Source: Felis catus
Lineage: Eukaryota
Length of the DNA: 64,000 nucleotides
Direction: 5' to 3'
NCBI RefSeq assembly: GCF_018350175.1
Contig: NC_058368.1
Location: forward strand, 92,940,001-93,004,000
Each line of letters begins with the position of its first letter. Positions within the stretch are counted from its first letter, which is position 1. The notes beneath the pieces were generated by a model that saw nothing but the letters and a program-made list of their open reading frames with translations, was not told where the DNA came from and searched no databases. Shown here piece after piece: positions 54,357 to 64,000 of the stretch. Position numbers and translations under genes: made by a program.

Positions 54357-54452
54357 GCGTCACTGTATTCCTTAGCTCTGAAATGCCTTATCAGTCTCTC
54401 CACAATCATCCTGCTCGGGCTGATCATCGTGTACCACGCCAGGGAAATACAG
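54357..54452 (+). CDS. KCNN2: KCNN2 next coding exon (96 nt, S2 helix)
   Basis: ttgcag|GCG...CAG|gtaact; encodes [32 protein letters not shown], in phase with the previous exon. Confidence 0.98.
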
Positions 54453-55839
54453 GTAACTTGGGCTCTGCTATTTATGAATGACCCAGAGCGCTGCCGCCTG
54501 CTTGGACAAGCAAGGCAGCTTTTTCCAAGCCCTTGTGTCCTTGCTTGAGGTTACAGAAGACACACGCTATAGTCTTCGTTAGCACCTGACCTGTTCTTTC
54601 AAGAAGTTCAAAACAAAACAACACAGCATGTTAACATGCAGTCGCTTCTGGGTTCTACCCTTTAAACCTTTAAGATTTCCCCCTCTATTCTTCAGGTAGA
54701 TACAGTTCTCTAAATCAGTCACTGCATTTGCTTTCCTTAAGGCCAGTTAGGTGCTAGCCTTAATCAGTAGGGTAAATAAATGTGTATTCTTGATTGGGAC
54801 ACCCACTCCCAGTGGGTGCATCATTACAGAAGACAGGGTCCATCTCTGTACAGTATTTTTTATAACGTAGACATTAGAGAAGAAATGTCTCTTAGAAGAA
54901 AATAGCGCATGTTATTCCTAGCTAATATATGCAAATAAGACATGAGAAAAACTCAAACTCTTTCCATATCCCCAAACATTAAAGAAAAAAAAAATCTGTT
55001 CTAAGGTCAGCATACAAATTCTGTATATGTGGTAGTTGGGTCGATTTTTAGCTACAATCATTACATTGCCTTCTTTTTTTTTTTTAAGTATCATTTAAGG
55101 GCAAAGGCCACTGCCCTTGTGAGCAGCCTTGTTAGGAAATGTTCTGTTTAAATGCAGCCAGGAACTCTATTGTTAGATTTGGCCATTACTAACAATTTCA
55201 CAATCCTCGTATAAAATTCGTGGGTCATCTTTGAGTTGTTTACTTGGCTGTAGCCTTCTGTCAGAGGAATAGGAAGGTTTGTGAAGTAAAATAACTAGAG
55301 TTTTCAAAAATTAAGTAGGATTTTCCAGTTTGGAATTTACACTGATAACGTATTTTCTGATTTTTTTTTTTTTTTTGTGGGGGGAGCAGTTGTTGAGTAT
55401 TTTTTGGAACTATTAAACCCTCACATTTAGGATACTTTCCTTTGTAGTTGCCTTTAAATTTAAAACATCATATGGAACTTGCCATTTGAATGATTGAGCG
55501 TTAATTATAAGTTAAATCAGTTTTAGGTTAGTAATTAGCAAGCACATACCAAACATGGAAGAAACCAATTTTAACTGTCATGGAAACAAAATAAAGACAC
55601 CCCTGGCCCTAAAGGGGCCTGGAGAATTCCTTCATCCTACTTTAACATTTGCAGAAACTTGGGACAGTGCCACTTTGAAGGGATAAAGTTAGTGAATCAA
55701 GAGTGAGAATATTCAAAGGTAAGTCATAAAACTGTACTGGCCGAACAAGGCGAACGCACATTGGAACACTTTAATAATATGCAGAGGGTCGTTTTAATTC
55801 AGTGCTTGTGATCGGGGGCTTCTGAGATTCTTTCGGACA

Positions 55840-55926
55840 TTTTTCTTTTTGAAGAAAAGTGAGATCACGACCTGAGCTGAAATTGAGAAGTCAGACGCTT
55901 CACGGACAGAGCCACCCAGGCGCCCC
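55840..55926 (-). mobile_element. Partial Can-SINE (head plus tail, middle deleted)
   Basis: gagatcacgacctgagctgaa...gagccacccaggcgcccc. Confidence 0.8.
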
Positions 55927-57200
55927 TCTTTCGAGAACATTTTTTAGTGATACTAAAATATGACTTGACACATAATGAGCATAGCTTCTTGTTTTGACTT
56001 TAAGAATAGACACTTGGAGCTGGGAGGAACAAAATAGGACTGAATGGTCCTTTGACTCAGTTTACTGATGAGGAATCTGAAATCGTAAGGGGTGAGTAGA
56101 TTGCCAGATTGCCCAGCAACACAGGGCAGAGTGTGACCAGACCTCCAGCGTCTAGTCCAGATAGCTTCTTTGTCCATGTTTTCTCTCTAAATCTAAAAGT
56201 TTGGAATATGAATAGGTTCAATGTATTAAAATCTTCTCAGGTATTTTTTAAAAAATCAAGTAACTGAAAACAAAACTTGGGGACTAGAGTGGTTTTACTT
56301 CATTCGTCCTGGAAAGAGAGCTTGCTGGTGTGTTTAGTAAGCATTGGCTTTCTCACCATTGGGCTTTCCTTCTGAAAAGCACACAGCTACATGAGCATTC
56401 TCTAGGGAGACATTGGATGATATCAAGAGCAAAGTGTCTTCTGCCTGAAAACACTGACTTTTTCAGAATCATTGGGAGGCTTTTGTAAATAACTTAGAGG
56501 ACTTTGCGAGGAGTGGCCACATATTAATTATGTGTTGTTAACAATTTTTTTTGATACCATATTAGCACTCTTGAGCCTTCTAGAAACTAATAAAAATACA
56601 AGGAATCATATTTTTAAAGATTTTTCACGCTTGGAATTCCATTCACTGGCTCACTTTGAGGACTATTTCCGTTTCATAAATGCACAGATCTATTGATTAG
56701 AAGATGTATGGCATGGGTGACAAAATTGAGGACATGAGTTGTTCCTCTAAAACTTGTAAGCACAGTGAACTTCTCTACAGTTCAGACAATGTAAATATCA
56801 CAGGATGTTAGATTTTTTAAATTGGGTTTATTTTATATGATATATAGTTTCTGTTAAAGCAGCCACACTGAAGAGAATTTAAAGATAGATGCTCGGGTAA
56901 TATCATTTGGTTGTTTTGGGTGTCGCTTTTACACTCAGAATTTTATCTGAGGGCGTTTCTTCTTCATGCTGAAGCTGCAAATTCTTATCTGAGTTGCTTT
57001 TAAAAATGTATAAATTGGGGAAAGGACTAAATAGACTAAACACACTTGAGGACCCTGAGCTGGAAGTCAAGAGCCAGAAAAACACGTACTAATTTATTGA
57101 GATAATAGAGTTAGTGGCATCACCAAAGTAGTTCACCCTGAAGCCCAGTGGAACTAAGTAAGTGCACAGGTTTGTGCATATATGTATGGAAAATGAATTG

Positions 57201-57201
57201 T

Positions 57202-57268
<67 letters not shown>
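57201..57268. repeat. (TTTC)n microsatellite in KCNN2 intron
   Basis: Direct reading. Confidence 0.97.
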
Positions 57269-57801
57269 ACCTATTGATGTCACTGCTATAGGTGTATTTC
57301 TTTCATAAGTTTTAAGCAAGTAGGAGTTTTTCAGTTTACTGTTAACAGTTCCAAACATACTGAGTTGCTCTGAGTGAAAGAATTCAGCACAGGGGTTATG
57401 TTGCTGATCAGAGCATGTCTTTGGATGTAGCATGTGGTCTTAAAAGACAGGTTTTTCCTTTTCCCATTTAACATACTAGCATGATGATTGGATGGTGAGA
57501 GCTAGCTAGTGTGGGTTTCTGGTACATGGTATGATTTCTCACTGCATTCAGGCAAAGCGTGATAGCCAGAGTTCTGGCTCTCTGTCCACCGGAATTGCTT
57601 AACGAAGCTTGGGGAGGCCCTGGCATTTCCATGGAGAACCTTGGAAAGTAAGTCAGTGTGACCTTTTATGAAATGTTTATACACACTCTGGCAAAATAAG
57701 ATGGTTCAGGTGAGTCATGGTCGGAAGTGCCTGAATTAAAATAGTGTGATGAGGAGGCTTTGAAAGAACAGAGCTCAGTGCATTGCAGCTATGGTGTCGT
57801 T

Positions 57802-57822
57802 TTCAGTACCACAGACAGCTCA
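57802..57822 (+). promoter_or_regulatory. RE1/NRSE (REST)-like element in KCNN2 intron
   Basis: TTCAGTACCACAGACAGCTCA matches consensus TTCAGCACCACGGACAGCGCC at 17/21 positions with canonical half-site spacing. Confidence 0.5.
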
Positions 57823-58124
57823 GTGCACCCGGCCTTAGTTTGTCCTTGCCACTAATTACTTGAATACCCCTCCCCAACCAAAAATGAAATCACTGTGTGT
57901 ATGTATGTGTGTGTCAGAATGCTTCCATAAAATCAGATTTAGTGGGAGCAGTTTTGCAGCTGAGTAGATATTAGACTTTTTTTTTCCAGTAGACATTTGA
58001 CTTTACTTTCTATATATCCATTGGTAAAGCCAAAGCAGCAACAACAAAAATAAACCCTGACCCCAAGAATGAATGATGAATAAATAAACAAACTTCAGTA
58101 AATGCCTATGTATCACAGTCTTCT

Positions 58125-58281
58125 TTTTTTTTTTTCCAATGTGAATTTATTTATTTTGAGATGGGGCTCTGTGCTGTCAGCACAGAGTCCAATGTGGGGC
58201 TCGATCTCATGACCATGAGATCATGACCTGAGCTAAAATCAAGAGTCGGATGCTTAACCAACTGAGCCACCCAGAAGCCCC
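58125..58281 (-). mobile_element. Can-SINE (CT region deleted)
   Basis: TSD cacagtcttct. Confidence 0.9.
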
Positions 58282-59149
58282 CACAGTCTTCTGAAAAAGG
58301 AAAAACACTGTAGGGACTGCTTTTATATGATTCGGAAAGGTTACCCTTCTTAAGTCTCAGGTCATATAATAGGAAGAACAGAGGTATGATGTGTTGTGAC
58401 TTTCCTTTTTGCCTCCTCTCCTTCTCCATGGGATTGGGGGCATGTCTTTGATGGAATAAGTACCCAGTCAAGTTCAAATACCCTTTAAGATCTTCAACAT
58501 CGGAAAATTGGAATGTAGATTCCACTTCATCTTTGCAACTTCAGTATCCTTGAATTTCTTGTGTGGAAGCAATTTTAGATGAAATAGTTGCTTAGTATTT
58601 TTGAGAGAGACAAACACAAGATTCTAAATTGGGAAAGAAAGCTTCGTGGACCTCCATCTTTCTGGGTCTCATGGAATTTGGAAGCACTGCAGGTACATAC
58701 TTGAAAGTTGAAAACATTTTTGTTTGATTCTTGTCTCAGTAACAGTATAATTACATAAGTAGCATTAGAGGAAACACTCATAGTTCTTTTGGTATCTTTT
58801 GCAGTGGGATAACTAACTCTTTCTCTTTCAAGTTCACTTTTCAGTGATGGATGACTTAGACCTAAAACTGGAAGAACAGAAATTAAACATTCTTTCTACT
58901 TATGCATCTAGGCCACCCAAAGGAGGAAGGAGTGAGTGAGGGCAGGAGCCTTGATCATGTCTGAAGGCTGTGGCTGGAGAGGCGTGGCCAAACACCCATT
59001 TAGCAGACTCTGCCTTGCCTTGGGGAGCCTGGGGAGAATGCTCCCTTACCCCCTCCTACAAAGAGAAGGTAGATGCTTCCAGACCATGCAGAAAATATGG
59101 CATAGAGTTACCATTCTTACTCATAAAATAATAATACATGTAGTAATAA

Positions 59150-59960
59150 AACAGTACAGGAGAATTTAAAATAAATGGGATAGTCACATTTCATATACTC
59201 TCAGACCTATTCTTGAGGGGTGACCACTTTTAAGTTTCTCATATACTCTTCCAGAATTCTCACAAATGACTCTTTAGATGTGTTGAGGTACAGACAACCC
59301 TTGCTTTTATTCCTTAATATCTCTTGGAGGTTTTTCCTCATCAACACATAGAGGCCTGTCTCGTTCTCTTTTAGCACCGGAATATTATCCCATTTTATGT
59401 CTGTACCGTGGTTCACTAATAGGCATTTTGAGTTTTCTAGGTTCTTGCTATTATAAGCAATACCACAAATGAATGTTCTTTTGCATACTGACTTTAATAT
59501 ACTAATTAGAGTATATGCATATGGTAAATATCCAGGAGTCCGATTGCTGAATCAAAGGGAGTTTGTGTTGTAATTTTTTTTTAAGTTTATTTATTTTGAG
59601 AGAAACAGGGACAGCATGAGACGGGGGAGGGACAGAAGGAGAGGGCGAATCCTAAGCAGGTTCCACACTGTCAGTGCAGATCCCAATGCAGGCTTCAACT
59701 CACGAAACTGTGAGATCATGACCTGAGTGGGAACTCTGTTCAAGAGTCGGTTGGGTTGCTTAGCTTAGCCCACTGAGCCACCCAGGTGCCCCAAGGGCAT
59801 TTGTGTTTTAAATGGAAAGGCATTACCCACCAGCCCTTCCAAAAGAGTTTATACATTCACTTCTTCCCCACACATTATTCCTCCACAGCGTCATTAACCC
59901 TGGAGATTACAAAAAGGAATTTTAAATATCTTTGGCTGTTTGAAGTTCAAAAAGTTCATT
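59150..59960 (-). mobile_element. Degenerate L1ME-type fragment interrupted by a SINE
   Basis: ttcttgctattataagcaat...gattgctgaatcaaaggg...atacattcacttcttcccc. Confidence 0.55.
59574..59792 (-). mobile_element. Can-SINE
   Basis: Antisense head and tail. Confidence 0.88.
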
Positions 59961-61553
59961 TGCCTGAGAACAGATTTTTTTTTTTTTGAGAAAAATTTAA
60001 GGGCAAAGCTTATGGCCTCCAAAGCTTATTTGCAACATTGTGTGATATCTGGTGGTACCTTATCTGCTGACAAATAATCACGGGTAAAGATGCTGCCATC
60101 AGGGGCGACTGACTATTTGTCACACGTTTTAATGTTTTTACTTAAAACATTTAGAGGTGAAGGAAGCTGAAAAAGTAGAAGAAGGAGGGCTTGTGCGTGG
60201 GTCCTGAGGTCTCTGCTCTTGTCAACGAGGTAGATGAGGATTGCGGTAGGACTCCAGAAGATAGAGAGGTGGGGAACTCGCCTGAATTGCTTTGTCCTGT
60301 GGCAGACAGCTCCGTGGCTGATACCTGCATTGCCAGTAGCTTCTACATCAGTTGTAATGGGACTCTCCGACCCTTTGACTTCGCGTATACGCTGTAGTAA
60401 CGAAATCACTCAGGACTAATTTTCTCTGCCTGCCTCTGTAAAGATCGCTGCATTATTAATGGGTGTGACGCTAAATAAAGCGATCCTGGTGTGTTTACAG
60501 AGCAGCGTCACAAATGAATGGAGAGTGCAGCTTTAGGTTTACCGCAAGAGGGTTTCCTTGATCTGCCAGCTTGTTTCTGGGCCACGTGTTTGTAGAGCTT
60601 GGAAAGAAGGGCACCGTGGGTTGTCCTCGTCCCCAACCACATCTGGCAGGCTGCGCAGAGGGAGCCCGCACTGATTTTACTTCAGGAAGTCACTGCTGGG
60701 CAGGATATCAAGTGGTTTTGCGGGGCCACTTTAGGAAAAAATTCTGCTCCAGAAAAAATAATAGGCTGTCTGCTACTTTGGGAGTGTATTTTTAACCTGA
60801 AACTCCTTACAAATTCTGTTTGTAAAACCAGAATCTGCATGGAAGGGATTATCTGGCCCAGTATCCCACCCTGCATGGGAAATCCCTTTCTATCATCATA
60901 GATGAAAGTGGTCACCTACCTTTCTGCTTGAACCCTTTTCCTGTGAATCGCAGTTTGTGCCCACAAGGCTGGCTGTTCCAGATGGCTGTTAGTTTTAGGA
61001 AGATTTTCTTTACATCGAGGTCAAGTCTGGTTTTATTCCTTTCTTGCTTCACATTGTAAAAGTTTTTGAGCCTTGCACATAGGATGGAGAATAAGGACAT
61101 TCCAAGGACACAGGTTCGGGAAAGAGGGAAATATTAAGAAACAAAATCCTTGGAAGTCATGATCAGTGCCAGGAAGGGGATAGAAAGGGCCGAGGTAGAA
61201 CATAATAGGAGGTGTGGGGGGTGGTACACAGCAGACAGGGTAATCAGGGGAGCATTCTCTAAGGATTTGACTTTGAAACTGAGGCATGAAAGAAAAGAAG
61301 TCGTCAGCAGTTGGCAGAGTGTGTGGGAACAGTTTGTGCTAAGGCCTCGTGACCAGAAGGAGTTTCCTGCACTTAAAAAATGAGAGCAAACCAGTGTGGC
61401 CCAAGAGGGTGGAGAATGGTACTGGGTGTGGAGTGACAGGGATGTAGGATTGTGATATCGAAAGGTCTTGAGGCCTTGATAATGATTTGGAGATTCTTTT
61501 TTCTTTCCTTTCGTTTTTTGCAAAGTGCATGGCCTCGAAGTCATTAAAGAGTT

Positions 61554-61748
61554 GGGGCACCTGGGTGGCTCAGTCGGTTACGCATCTGACCCTAGACCTC
61601 AGCTCAGTTCATGATCTCACGGTTTGTGAGTTTGAACCCCATGTTGAGACTCATGAACCCCATGTTGAACCCGCTTGAGATTCTCTCCCTCTCTCTCTCT
61701 GTCCCTTCCCTGCTCATGCACATAAATAAATAAATAAATAAACTTAAA
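61554..61748 (+). mobile_element. Can-SINE with internal duplication
   Basis: Head and tail; tgaaccccatgttga present twice. Confidence 0.9.
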
Positions 61749-62099
61749 AATATTTGAAGAGGAGGTGGCAGACTAAGCTTTAAGGAGAAAAAAAAAAAAA
61801 AACAGAACATTTAAAGCACGGGAGAGTCATGACCCAACATGTTTAAACAGACCTTTTGCTGATGTTCTGAGCAGAGTGGTCTGGAGATGATCAGGAGGTT
61901 CTTGGGAAGCCATGTCATAGTGAGAGATGTTGAGGAGTAGTCTGACTTGAGACCCATGTTGAAGGTGGAGTGGACTTCCTAGCACCGTGTTGGATGTGAC
62001 AGGTTAGGGCAAGGGATGTCACAGGGACAGATCCAAGGTTTCTGTTCGGAACAACTGAGCCTATGGTGCTAGGAGGGGAAGACACACATTTAAAAAAAA

Positions 62100-62637
62100 T
62101 TTTTTTTAAATGCTTATTTATTTTTGAGAGAGAGATAGACAGAGTCGAGCAGGGGAGGGGTAGAGAGAGGGAGGCACAGAATCCGAAGCAGGCTCCAGGC
62201 TCTGAGCCATCAGCACAGAGCCCTTTGCAGAGCTCGAACTCACGAACCACGAGATCGTGACCTGGGCCGAAGTCGGACGCTTAACCGACTGAGCCACCCA
62301 GGTGCCCTGGGGAAGACACACATTGAAGGGTAAAGATGCGGAGGCAGGAGTTTGTATTAGCAGAGAACATTTGAAATGCTTCTGATTATACAGGGTTCTG
62401 AGGAAAAGTCTGTAGTGGAACTTTAAATGGGTGTGGTCAGCGTAGAGACTTTTTTTTTTAGAGAAAGAGGGAGAGAAAGAGCGTGAGCTGGGGAAAGGGA
62501 CAGAGAGACAGGGAGAGAGAGAATTCTACGCTGAGAGCGTGGAGCCCAACACGGGGCTTGATCCCAAAACCTGAGGTAATGACCTGAGCCGAAATCCAGA
62601 GTCAGATGCTCAACTGACTGAGCCCCCTTGACACCCC
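62100..62637 (-). mobile_element. Two Can-SINEs (62100-62307, 62448-62637)
   Basis: TSDs ggggaagacacacatt and gtagagacttttt. Confidence 0.92.
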
Positions 62638-64000
62638 AGTGTAGAGACTTTTTAAAGCCATGGGGATTGGTGAAGTCATTGAGCAAGAATAAAGATGAGG
62701 AAGTCAAGAGTTGATCAGCATCTGACATCTATAGGTTGTGTGAAGGAGGAACAGAAAAAAAAGAGGTGAGGTAAAGTGTCCCAGACGAACAGATGGCAGT
62801 CTTGTAAGGAGGGGCGCGGTGCTATGTATCGGATGCTGTGGAGTCTGTTACAGTGGGGTAGAGAAGTACCTTTTGGATGTGGCAAATTTGAAGGTCATTG
62901 CTGACCTTGACGCTCAGTTTCAGCGGAGTGGTAGAGACAAAAGACGACAGACTGCAGTTTCCAGTTTAGCAGAATAAATGGATGCCCCCCCCCACCTTCA
63001 TAGAATCACAGAGCAAACATTGGTTAGTTCCCCTTAAATGCCCTCCTCATTAAATAGTCCCAGTTTCTTTGAATGTTCCTGATCAGACTTACAATGTCTG
63101 TGATCATATTCTTCTGTACTTGCCCTCTGTTGCTGAATTCCCTTTCCAAATAAGAAAGTTAGAAATGTACTCAGCACTTTCAGATGGGATTGTTAACATC
63201 CTTTGTCAAAGATGCCACATGGTACCGACTGTTGTTGGTCTAAAATGGTCATTGCTCACACAAACCTTGCCAAGTAACACTTGTAAAATTGTTCTTGAAC
63301 TGAATGTATGGCTCTATATTTATTGACACTCTTCTGTAGCATCTTGGTTTCAGACCTGTGTTTCAGCCTGTCAGAATCATGTGAATCATAATTCCAGTGT
63401 TTACTTATTTAGGTTCAGAAAATGCTGGCTATAGAGTTGCTCTGTTGGTGAGACCCAAATGTGTGCTCAATTCTGTTCCAGAAACATGGTCAATATTAGT
63501 GGTTCTCCCCCCACACCCGCCCCCGATTTGCACACCTGCCATTGACACATTTAACTCTTCTTCGGGGCTTCTCACTAGCCGGGAGTTTGAAAAATGTACC
63601 CTGGGAACCCGGGCTCAAGGCCACAGCCAGAGCTCGGACATAGGACCTTTTGTGTTGTTAGACATCTGCTCATTCGTGATATTTGGTACAGCCTTAAAAG
63701 TAATAGCAACTCTGTGAACCCTGACTATCAGCCAGCCCACATTTCTCTACAAGAATGTCACCAGGGCTAGCAGATCCCTCACTGAATCCACGTATTCCTT
63801 GGGAACTGCAGATTCATGATCTCCAAGTCTAGTGACAGTTAAGTTGACGCACTTACTATTTTAAACTTTGTAATAATGTAGGCTTCATGACCAAATGCCT
63901 TTCCTCTTAAAAGTTTCTTTTTCCTTTCCAGATTATAAAATTAATACCTCTTCGTATTAGAAAATTGGCAAAACAGAAGCCATAAGAAACAATGTTTGTG

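Larger units (their letters stand above)
61150..62960 (-). mobile_element. L2 fragments interrupted by three SINEs
   Basis: Antisense L2-like motifs (ccagtgtggc...aggccttgataatgatttggagatt, ttttggatgtggcaaatttgaaggtcattgctgacc). Confidence 0.55.

Noticed and set aside
63900..63935. Strong splice-acceptor-like polypyrimidine tract plus CAG
   Set aside because: The downstream sequence does not encode the expected next SK2 exon (LFMVDNGADDWRIAM) and looks like an old L1 fragment

Overview
This is mammalian genomic DNA, almost certainly from a felid: it carries about 48 carnivore tRNA-derived Can-SINEs, including young SINEC_Fc-type copies. The only recognisable gene is the 5' part of KCNN2 (SK2/KCa2.2 small-conductance Ca2+-activated K+ channel) on the + strand. 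It comprises a CpG island (~51.2-53.9 kb), a large first coding exon (52429-53714) encoding the long N-terminus and S1, and a 96-nt exon (54357-54452) encoding S2. A probable upstream exon (51362-51564) has an ATG that splices in frame and adds MFRGRRKCDV. The rest is repeat-rich flank or intron: SINEs, L1, L2, MIR, MaLR/ERVL LTRs, MER102 and microsatellites. Nearly all other ORFs in the track are repeat-derived or spurious. I found no convincing new multi-gene system. The best leads are regulatory or structural: a ladder of start codons with an overlapping uORF, an intronic RE1/REST-like site, a CpG-retaining intronic element with interleaved inverted repeats, a tandem p53-type half-site repeat, a SINE dimer that may have moved as one unit, and unexplained dispersed local duplications. 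Repeat-family names come from recognition of consensus sequences rather than a search, and repeat boundaries are approximate.
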